64,000 nucleotides of DNA from Bacteroidota bacterium (GTDB taxonomy: Bacteria; Bacteroidota; Bacteroidia; Bacteroidales; Lentimicrobiaceae). The stretch covers positions 24,349-88,348 of the forward strand of contig JAZDHI010000059.1 of NCBI GenBank assembly GCA_043806115.1, in the 5' to 3' direction. Of the stretch, positions 1-8,312 are shown piece by piece; position 1 is the first letter of the stretch; every line of letters begins with the position of its first letter. Both the position numbers and the translations under genes were made by a program. The notes beneath the pieces are model-generated. The model did not search any database. It saw only the letters and a list, made by a program, of their open reading frames with translations, and was not told where the DNA came from.

Positions 1-1
1 T

Positions 2-2929
2 AATGATCCGGTTTTTTCGCAATGGGGCGATTCAATAAAAAAATTCCGCAACGAAGAAGGCATTTACACCGGTATGGTCAAGCTTTCTGACATTGGCACG
101 AGTGTGACGGCAGCCATGCTTGAAACTTATGTAAACAACGCCTATAGCACCTGGGATATCCCACCGGTAGCCGTTCTGCTGCTCGGTGATTTCGGACAGG
201 CCAGCGCCAATACCAACTCTATAACATCACCGATCTGGGATAGCTATTGTGTTTCTGACAACATTTATGCTGATACCGACAACGACGATATGCCGGAAAT
301 TATTTTCGCCCGGATTACCGCTCAGAATGCTGCTCAACTTGAATCAATGGTAGGCCGTTTCATGAAATATGAAAGGCGCCCGCCAACAAACCCCGGCTTT
401 TATTCCAATCCGATTACTGCTCTTGGCTGGCAAACCGAACGCTGGTTCCAGATTTGCTCTGAGACAGTTGGTGGTTTCTGGAAGAACGTACTCGGGAAAA
501 CTCCTGTTCGAATCAATGAAATCTATGATGGTACGCCCAACAATACATGGTCGAGTGCACAAAATACCCAAACCGTATTAAATGTGTTCGGCCCCAATGG
601 ATTGGGATATATACCTGCACTGCCCAGTACATTAGGCGGGTGGAGTGGAGGAAATTCAACAATGATCAACAATGCATTGAACGCGGGTTCATTTATGCTG
701 ATGCACCGTGACCATGGAATGGAAACCGGCTGGGGAGAACCTTCCTATACGAACAGCAGCATCAACGGATTGACCAATACCGATCTTTCATTTATACTTT
801 CAATTAACTGTCTTACAGGAAAGTACAATTACAGCAGTGAATGTTTCACAGAGAAGTTTCACCGGTATACTTACAATAACCAACCGGCCGGAGCAGTTGG
901 CCTTATTGCAGCCTCAGAAACATCATATTCCTTCGTTAACGACACGTATGTCTGGGGTCTGATAGATAATATGTGGCCTAATTTTATGCCTCAGTATGGA
1001 ACCACTCCGGAATCAAGAGGAGTACTTCCTGCCTTTGGCAATGCTGCCGGAAAATACTTCCTTCAACAATCAAACTGGCCTTATAATACAGATAACAAGG
1101 AAGTTACATACAACCTTTTCCACATGCATGGCGATGCTTTTTTAAAGGTTTGCACAGAAGTACCTCAAATTATTTCTGCCACCTATAATAATTTTATATA
1201 TGAGAATGAGACGAACTTTACGATCACTGCATCACCCAACTCATTGATCTGCCTTTCATCCAATGGAGTGATCCTTGGAACAGGTGTAACCGGCTTTCAG
1301 AACACGATTGATATAACCATTCCACCGATGATGGCCGGATCACGCATCAAAGTGACCATCACCCGTCCGAACTGCAATCGTTATGAAGGTTGGGTTGATG
1401 TAATACCTATGGTTACAGCTGCTGTTGCCGGTGAAGATGCAACCATCTGTGAAGGCAGCATTCATCAGCTTTCCGCTCAGGCCACCAATTTTACTGTTCT
1501 TTTGTGGGAAACTAGCGGAACAGGGACTTTCAGTGATGCAACCATTCTTAACCCAACCTACTCACCAAGCACAGAAGATGTTAGCCTTGGTGCAGTAGTA
1601 CTTTCGCTTACTGCTTCCAATCCTGCAGCCAATGATTCAACAGATTACCTGACCCTTTCCTTAAGGGCAAATCCGTTAGTCTTTGCCGGAGAATCCTCGG
1701 AAATCTGTTCTGGTGAAAGTTATTCTGCAACAACTGCCACTGCTGCAAATTATACAGGGATGGAATGGATATCATCAGGTACAGGAACATTTGATGATCC
1801 TGCTTCGATGACACCAAGGTACACTCCTGGTGCTGAAGACATCACAGCAGGCAGTGTCAGTCTCACACTGCGTGCCTGGAACGACATCTGCGAACCGGTC
1901 GGGTCAACTTTTACCCTCACCATCAGGCCTTTGCCGGAACCATCTATTTCCGGACAGAATGCATTATGTCTGAATCAGTCTGGTGTTCTGTATTCCGCAA
2001 CTACTGCTGAGAATACATACCAATGGGAAATCTTCGGAGGATCCATTACCGAAGGTCAGAATGCATCTACCGCCACTGTAACCTGGGAGGTTGCAGGTGA
2101 AGGAGTCATTGTACTGACTGAAACAAACGAATTTGGATGTACACAGACTGCAGAATACACCGTTACCGTTCATGCTCTTCCGACACCTTCCATAGAAGGT
2201 GATGTGCTTGTTTGCGCCAACAGCCAGCATGTTATTTATTCAGCACCTCAGGTTGAAGGCGACTCTTATGAATGGAGTATAACAGGGGGTGAAATGGTTG
2301 CCGGTGCAGGCACGGATGTAATAACCGTAAACTGGGGATCCAACGGACAGGGCATGCTCTCACTCATTCAGACCACTACGGCAACAAGCTGTAATGCAAT
2401 GGCAGAATACAATGTGACCATCAACTCACCGGTTATTACACTGGGCAATGATACCACTATTTGTATTACACATTTGCTTAATCTTACTGTTGATGGCACT
2501 TTTGCAACCTACAGCTGGTCTGATGGAAGCACTGACAACAGTATGTTGATCAACGCAGCGGAGCAGGGTGTCAATTCAACGAACTACACTTTAACTGTGG
2601 CCGATGAAAATGGCTGTGAAGGAAGTTCGTCCATCCAGGTAACTGTTGATGCATGTGCAGGTATTGATGAAAACTCAACCAATGCTTTTCTCAGTATCTT
2701 TCCGAATCCAAGTAAAGGAGAATTCACACTCAGGATAACCAACGCATCAAGGGGCCCGGCAACGATAAAAATAGTAAATGCTTCAGGTGAAGTTCTTTAC
2801 ACCGGTAAAATTCAATTAAGCGGCCAATCACATACTGAGAATTTAAAACCGGATATTGGCAGCGGTGTTTATTTGTTGAGTATTGAAACCCCTGTTGGGA
2901 TATTAAATCAAAAGCTTATTATAAAATAA
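2..2929 (+). CDS. Gingipain-like C25 cysteine peptidase with Ig/PKD-like repeats and T9SS C-terminal domain (5'-truncated by window edge)
   Basis: Frame is open from base 2 (NDPVFSQWGDSIKKF...), so the ATG at 74 is internal. C25 motifs SDNIYAD, GRITAQ-like FARITAQ, catalytic His (MHRDHG..GWG) and Cys (SINCLTGKY), YNLFHMHGD. Two AGEDxxIC..W.TSGTGTF..P.Y.P repeats and two ISG...C...Y.W.I.GG.I..G repeats. CTD IFPNPSKG...GVYLL...KLIIK. Confidence 0.9.
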   Translation, partial: NDPVFSQWGDSIKKFRNEEGIYTGMVKLSDIGTSVTAAMLETYVNNAYSTWDIPPVAVLLLGDFGQASANTNSITSPIWDSYCVSDNIYADTDNDDMPEIIFARITAQNAAQLESMVGRFMKYERRPPTNPGFYSNPITALGWQTERWFQICSETVGGFWKNVLGKTPVRINEIYDGTPNNTWSSAQNTQTVLNVFGPNGLGYIPALPSTLGGWSGGNSTMINNALNAGSFMLMHRDHGMETGWGEPSYTNSSINGLTNTDLSFILSINCLTGKYNYSSECFTEKFHRYTYNNQPAGAVGLIAASETSYSFVNDTYVWGLIDNMWPNFMPQYGTTPESRGVLPAFGNAAGKYFLQQSNWPYNTDNKEVTYNLFHMHGDAFLKVCTEVPQIISATYNNFIYENETNFTITASPNSLICLSSNGVILGTGVTGFQNTIDITIPPMMAGSRIKVTITRPNCNRYEGWVDVIPMVTAAVAGEDATICEGSIHQLSAQATNFTVLLWETSGTGTFSDATILNPTYSPSTEDVSLGAVVLSLTASNPAANDSTDYLTLSLRANPLVFAGESSEICSGESYSATTATAANYTGMEWISSGTGTFDDPASMTPRYTPGAEDITAGSVSLTLRAWNDICEPVGSTFTLTIRPLPEPSISGQNALCLNQSGVLYSATTAENTYQWEIFGGSITEGQNASTATVTWEVAGEGVIVLTETNEFGCTQTAEYTVTVHALPTPSIEGDVLVCANSQHVIYSAPQVEGDSYEWSITGGEMVAGAGTDVITVNWGSNGQGMLSLIQTTTATSCNAMAEYNVTINSPVITLGNDTTICITHLLNLTVDGTFATYSWSDGSTDNSMLINAAEQGVNSTNYTLTVADENGCEGSSSIQVTVDACAGIDENSTNAFLSIFPNPSKGEFTLRITNASRGPATIKIVNASGEVLYTGKIQLSGQSHTENLKPDIGSGVYLLSIETPVGILNQKLIIK

Positions 2930-2947
2930 TCGTAAAAGTACAAACAG

Positions 2948-2979
2948 AAAACCTGCCCTTTTCAAGGCAGGTTTTTTTT
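2948..2979 (+). terminator. Intrinsic terminator after the C25 gene
   Basis: AAAACCTGCC-cttttcaa-GGCAGGTTTT stem followed by a T run, 19 bp after the stop. Confidence 0.8.
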
Positions 2980-3134
2980 ATCTTCTTTAGATAAATTCCA
3001 TCTGTTATTTGTGAATCAGCATAAAATTCATTCCAGGTTTGATGAAGATAATTACAAAATAGCACTTGATTAATTAATGCATATCAAAGTAATTATTATT
3101 TTCACAGTCCGGTATAATTAAATCTTTCCCGATC

Positions 3135-6100
3135 ATGAAAAAATCGTTTTTTACTCTTTTTCTATCCCTGTTGATTACCGTTGTTCCATCATTATTTTGC
3201 TTTGGTCAAAAGATATTAACACCCTCAGGTCTTCCGCAACTCTCACCCATGAGCAGCTACGATTCACTCAAATTGTCGCAGCTGCCCGTGCTGAGATTAC
3301 CCGAAGAAGCAACAAAGCGATTGCTGCCCTATGCAATTGATAACTCCGGCAAGCCCTGGTTCAGACCCCTGATAGCCCAGGTTGGTCTTGAGTGTGGACA
3401 GGCGAGCAGTATCGGGGTTGTATTTACTTATGAAATGAACTATGCGAGAAACGTACCGGGAAATTTACCTGAAAACCAATATGCTACGCATTTTGCCTAT
3501 AATTTTGTAAACAATGGCAGTGATGGAGGCGTCAGTTTCTTTGAAACTTTCGAAATCGTGAAACACGCCGGCAATCCGACAGTTGCCGATTATGGCGGGA
3601 TGGGGACCGGCGGGGCATCCCGATGGATGAACGGGTATGATCTGTACTACAATGCCATGCACAACCGGCTCAGCGAGGTTTATTCCATAAAAGTAAATAC
3701 GGTTGATGGTTTACAAACACTTAAAAACTGGATTTATGATCATGGAAATGGATCTTCAGCGGGAGGATTGGGTTGCTTTTATGCTGAATTTACCCATCCA
3801 CCTTCAGTTTTCCCTGAAGGAACCCCGGAAGCCGGAAAACACGTGATACATGCATGGGGTAATTCAGCCAACCATGCCATGTCGATTGTTGGATATAACG
3901 ACTCCATACGCTGGGATTACAACGGTGATGGAGTATATACCAACAGTATTGATATCAATTCTGACGGGTTGGTTGATATGAAAGACTGGGAGATCGGTGG
4001 TTTTAAAATGGCCAATACATATGGTTCAATCAGCGGCTGGGGTGACAATGGATTTTCCTATATGATGTATAAATCTGTAGCGGATCAGTGGCAGCAGGGT
4101 GGAATCTGGAACAATACCGTTGCAGTAATTGACGTACGCGACAACCATGAACCGCAGCTCACAGCGAAAGTAAGCCTCACATACCCCTGTCGAGACCTTA
4201 TCAGGGTTATGGCCGGTGTATCATCAAATCCGGATGCTCTTGAACCTGATCATATTCTGCATTTCCCGATTTTTGATTTCCAGGGAGGGTGTAATCCCAT
4301 GCAGGGAGGATCAGGTATTCAGAATATTGAATTCGGGCTTGATCTTAACTTATTGCTGAAATATATCAATCCGGGTGAAGAAGCAAAATTTTTTATTCTT
4401 ATTCAGGAAAATGATCCCCTCGGTTCACAAACAGGCACTTTGGAAAGCTTTGCCCTGGTTGATTATACCAACGGAGGCACCATTATTAACAGCCAGACTA
4501 ATGAACTCCCGCTGGTAAATGACAACATCACCATGGTAGGGGTCAATGCCACCCTGAATTTCGATCCAGCACTTGTAACTACCGAAACACTTGACCCCAT
4601 TCAGCTATATAGCAATTATTCATATACCATGCAGGCTTCCGGGGGTACACTACCTTACCGCTGGCACCTTGTTGAAGATTACGACCGTTTTGATTCAACT
4701 TCCGTTATGCCTCAGATAGCTGCCCAGCTACTTCAGTTGTCATCCAACAATAATGGCAAGGCCAAAGTGGAGCTACCTTTCTCATTCCCTTACTTCGGGC
4801 AGGATTTTAACGAAGTCTATGCAACTGCCGACGGATACCTGATGTTTGAGAATTCACTGCTCCCCTGGCCCTACTATATTGAGGGCAGAACATACTTCAT
4901 CCAGACACCTATGATTGCACCTTCAATGTCGAATCCATTTCTGGTTGACGGAGGCCAGAGCGATGGTGTGTGGTATGAAGAGTCACCTGATTATGTTACC
5001 TTCCGGTGGAAACTGAGTGTTAGCGGGGCTTCCGGTGCCACTTTCAATGCAACAGCCAGACTTTATCCCGATGGAAAAATTGAAATTAACTATGGTAACT
5101 GCAATGTGCCGGGCTACATTGAAAGGTTTGCAGGAATATCAGCCGGTGATGGAGAAAACTATGAGATTATGACTTATGACCCTGATTTCACGCCAACCAC
5201 AGATCAGCTGGTCAGATTTACTCCAATGACCCGTCATCCGGGAATCATTTTATCTGCAGATGGTGTGCTGTCAGGACAAACAGATGAATTAATCAGCAAT
5301 CAGCCCGTTACAATTTGTGTAACCGATAAAAACAACCTTAAAAACAGTAAAACCCTGTATCTGAATACGGAAGGGCTGATGATGGAATATGAGATTATAG
5401 CCGGCAATGATAACAACATTGGTTTTGGTGAAGATTGCTTTATGACACTCAATATAACTAATTTCAATAGTTTTCTCATCGGGCCAACAACCTTCACTTT
5501 GAATTCTTTCGACCCATATTTCGAACTTTTAATAACTCAGACCTCTATAGAAGGTTTGGATCCGGGAGAATCAATAACGATAGCCAATGCCTTCCGGTTT
5601 TTCGCCGATGAAATGGTACCCAACGAGCACCAGGCAACATTCATCCTGAACGGCAATTCAGCCGAAGGCAACTGGAGCAGGACATTGCTGCTCACAGCAT
5701 TCCGTGCCGTGACTGAAATAGCCGGAGCTATTGTAATTGATGGAAACAACGGCGTACTTGAACCCGGGGAAACGGCCCAACTGGCGATCAACCTCAGAAA
5801 CGCCGGGGGTGCGATGTTAACCAATGCCTCAGCACTTATTACATCGTGGGACCCTTTCCTTTCGATAGCCTCCGACAGCGGAACCATTGACACCCTTAAC
5901 CCTGGAGAAATCTGGCACCTTCTGTTTGAAGTCAGCCTGGCGCCCGAAACACCTCTTTATCACCTGATTGAGATCAATCTTTCCGTTGCCGGCGACCACC
6001 AGTTCAGTTACCTGAAAACCATTCCATTCTTCACCGGAATCCTTGTTGAAGATTTTGAAAATGGTAACCTCACAACCTTTGACTGGGAAACCGGCGGAAA

Positions 6101-6749
6101 TGCACCCTGGGCTCCCGAACAAGGATATGCCTGGGAGGGTGGTTGGTGCGCCCGTTCCGGAATCATCACAGATAACCAATTATCTGCCCTTACGATAAAC
6201 TGGAATGTGGCCTTTGCCGATACCGTTTCTTTCTGGTTTAAAGTTTCATCTGAGGCCGGTTATGACTTCCTGCATTTCAATACCAAAGATGGGGAAATGG
6301 GGAAATGGGCTGGAGACTGGAACTGGACCCAGGCCAAATATGGAGTGACAGCCGGTGAACACCCCTTTTCATGGAAATATATTAAAGATTACAGTGTTTC
6401 TAACGGCGAAGATTGCTCCCGTCTGGATTATATAGTTCTGCCTGTTTTTGCTGTTCCAACGGCTTCAGGAAGTAAAGAAATATACTCAGCCAGCTTATCC
6501 GTTTATCCGAACCCTGGCCGGGATGATCTGAAAATCGCTTATATTCTCACGGATCCGTCGCCTGTACAGGTCACCATCTGTGACATGCATGGCAGGGTAC
6601 TGTATATTTATAATGAAAACAACATAGTTCCAGAAGGGGAATATAGCCTGACTCCGGAATTCAACACAACCGGACCCGGTGTTCTGACTGTAATACTGAG
6701 AATTAATTCGGGAATTCTGGTAAAAAAAATCATCAGAACCTCAAACTAA
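3135..6749 (+). CDS. Papain-like (clan CA, C1-related) cysteine protease, T9SS cargo, 1204 aa
   Basis: Signal peptide; AQVGLECGQASS (Gln/Cys), NHAMSIVGYND (His), MANTYG (Asn); Ig-like (MQASGGTLPYRW) and MAM-like (VEDFENG...WET) modules; CTD VYPNPG...KKIIR. Confidence 0.8.
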   Translation: MKKSFFTLFLSLLITVVPSLFCFGQKILTPSGLPQLSPMSSYDSLKLSQLPVLRLPEEATKRLLPYAIDNSGKPWFRPLIAQVGLECGQASSIGVVFTYEMNYARNVPGNLPENQYATHFAYNFVNNGSDGGVSFFETFEIVKHAGNPTVADYGGMGTGGASRWMNGYDLYYNAMHNRLSEVYSIKVNTVDGLQTLKNWIYDHGNGSSAGGLGCFYAEFTHPPSVFPEGTPEAGKHVIHAWGNSANHAMSIVGYNDSIRWDYNGDGVYTNSIDINSDGLVDMKDWEIGGFKMANTYGSISGWGDNGFSYMMYKSVADQWQQGGIWNNTVAVIDVRDNHEPQLTAKVSLTYPCRDLIRVMAGVSSNPDALEPDHILHFPIFDFQGGCNPMQGGSGIQNIEFGLDLNLLLKYINPGEEAKFFILIQENDPLGSQTGTLESFALVDYTNGGTIINSQTNELPLVNDNITMVGVNATLNFDPALVTTETLDPIQLYSNYSYTMQASGGTLPYRWHLVEDYDRFDSTSVMPQIAAQLLQLSSNNNGKAKVELPFSFPYFGQDFNEVYATADGYLMFENSLLPWPYYIEGRTYFIQTPMIAPSMSNPFLVDGGQSDGVWYEESPDYVTFRWKLSVSGASGATFNATARLYPDGKIEINYGNCNVPGYIERFAGISAGDGENYEIMTYDPDFTPTTDQLVRFTPMTRHPGIILSADGVLSGQTDELISNQPVTICVTDKNNLKNSKTLYLNTEGLMMEYEIIAGNDNNIGFGEDCFMTLNITNFNSFLIGPTTFTLNSFDPYFELLITQTSIEGLDPGESITIANAFRFFADEMVPNEHQATFILNGNSAEGNWSRTLLLTAFRAVTEIAGAIVIDGNNGVLEPGETAQLAINLRNAGGAMLTNASALITSWDPFLSIASDSGTIDTLNPGEIWHLLFEVSLAPETPLYHLIEINLSVAGDHQFSYLKTIPFFTGILVEDFENGNLTTFDWETGGNAPWAPEQGYAWEGGWCARSGIITDNQLSALTINWNVAFADTVSFWFKVSSEAGYDFLHFNTKDGEMGKWAGDWNWTQAKYGVTAGEHPFSWKYIKDYSVSNGEDCSRLDYIVLPVFAVPTASGSKEIYSASLSVYPNPGRDDLKIAYILTDPSPVQVTICDMHGRVLYIYNENNIVPEGEYSLTPEFNTTGPGVLTVILRINSGILVKKIIRTSN

Positions 6750-6785
6750 TTTGTATAATGTTCTTCCGTTGAAAACCGGTTGTTG

Positions 6786-6793
6786 TAACTTTG
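6786..6793 (+). promoter_or_regulatory. Bacteroidota sigma70 -7 box (TAACTTTG)
   Basis: Exact TAnnTTTG 15 bp before the ATG at 6809; no -33 box verified. Confidence 0.55.
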
Positions 6794-6808
6794 TAAAAAA
6801 AAAGTTGA

Positions 6809-8305
6809 ATGAAACCTGATTCCGGCAAAAGCTTTGGCTGGTTAAAGTATCTGCTGTTTACAGTAATCATGCTGTTTATGGTTCTTCCGGGTTTGCAGGG
6901 GAAATTCGGTTTGATCTCTGAGAAAAAGCTTACAGGTGCTTTTAAAATGCCCGAAAAACCGGATTTTGGTGAATTTACCTGGAAATCATGGCTGAACGCG
7001 ACATTTCAGGAGGATTACAACAGCCGTCTGGAGCAGCACATCGGATTCAGAAACTCATTCGTCAGGGTTAACAATCAGCTTAACTACAGCTTTTTCAGAC
7101 AGGCCAATGCTGAAGGTGTCATCATAGGAAGAAACAATGAATTGTTCGAGGAAGATTATATCAGGGAACACCTAGGACACTATTATATCGGTGACTCAGT
7201 ATGGGAAAAAAAAGCCCTCAAGCTGAAAGCAGCCCAGGACACGCTGGCAAAACTCGGAAAATCCCTGATAGTAGTATTTGAACCAGGGAAAGGCAGTTTC
7301 AACCCTGACCTCTTACCTTCAAGGTTTGCCGGTGCCGAAAAGTCCGTTTCAAATTATGAAACATTAAGTGATCAGCTTACACTAGCGGGAGTTAATGTTC
7401 TTGACCTGAATCAATATTTTATTTCACTTAAAGGGGATACTGAATATCCTTTATTCCCTCAATGCGGTACACACTGGAGTTACTATGGGGCTGCAATTGC
7501 CGCCGATACTACACTAAGGTACATTGAAGCCCTTGAAGGGATCGACCTTCCGGATATGAAAATTGTCCGTAATGAAATTCTGGATACTACACGGCATCCG
7601 GATTATGATATTGGTCTCGCCATGAATCTGATTTTCAGCATACCACATCCCAAAACAGCAAATCCGGTTATACAATTCCGGCAAGGTCCTGCAAAAATCA
7701 AACCCAATGTACTGGTTGTCGGCGACAGTTTTTATTTCAACTGGCTCAATAACCGCATACCATCTGAAGTGTTCAGTAAATGTGATTTCTGGTATTATAA
7801 CAAGAACATAACGCATCAGGACGGTTCAACCGGAGGTGTAGTTACATCAACTGATTTCAGAAATGAAATACTGACGCGTGACATCATCCTTATTATGATT
7901 ACTGGCCGGTTCATCCATTCATTCGCCTGGGAATTTGATGAACAACTCTATGACCTGTTTTATCCGGGTTACAAAGATCCCATTGAATTTTTTTCGAATA
8001 AAATAAGGATTTATGATGATGAATTTCAAAGGATGTATAAGGAATCAGTAGCAATGAATATAAGTTTATCAGACCGCATAAACCAGGAAGCCAATTATTT
8101 GTTTTATAATGACGCCAGGAGCAATCCGGATAAGTACACCAATAAACGGGACCTTATACTTTATTATGAAATGGGTATCAGGGGAACACCTGAATGGATG
8201 GAAGAGATAAAACGTAAGGCAAAAATCAACAAAATCAGTGTTGACAAGCAGGTGCGTACCGATGCTGAATGGATGTTTCAGGATAAATACGAAAAAAATA
8301 AATAA
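6809..8305 (+). CDS. AlgX/AlgJ-like SGNH O-acetyltransferase family protein
   Basis: N-terminal TM helix; GFRNSFVRVNNQLNY and G..N.LFE segments; GTHWSYYGA and VVGDSFY motifs typical of ALGX-type SGNH domains. Confidence 0.7.
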   Translation: MKPDSGKSFGWLKYLLFTVIMLFMVLPGLQGKFGLISEKKLTGAFKMPEKPDFGEFTWKSWLNATFQEDYNSRLEQHIGFRNSFVRVNNQLNYSFFRQANAEGVIIGRNNELFEEDYIREHLGHYYIGDSVWEKKALKLKAAQDTLAKLGKSLIVVFEPGKGSFNPDLLPSRFAGAEKSVSNYETLSDQLTLAGVNVLDLNQYFISLKGDTEYPLFPQCGTHWSYYGAAIAADTTLRYIEALEGIDLPDMKIVRNEILDTTRHPDYDIGLAMNLIFSIPHPKTANPVIQFRQGPAKIKPNVLVVGDSFYFNWLNNRIPSEVFSKCDFWYYNKNITHQDGSTGGVVTSTDFRNEILTRDIILIMITGRFIHSFAWEFDEQLYDLFYPGYKDPIEFFSNKIRIYDDEFQRMYKESVAMNISLSDRINQEANYLFYNDARSNPDKYTNKRDLILYYEMGIRGTPEWMEEIKRKAKINKISVDKQVRTDAEWMFQDKYEKNK

Positions 8306-8312
8306 ACTCACC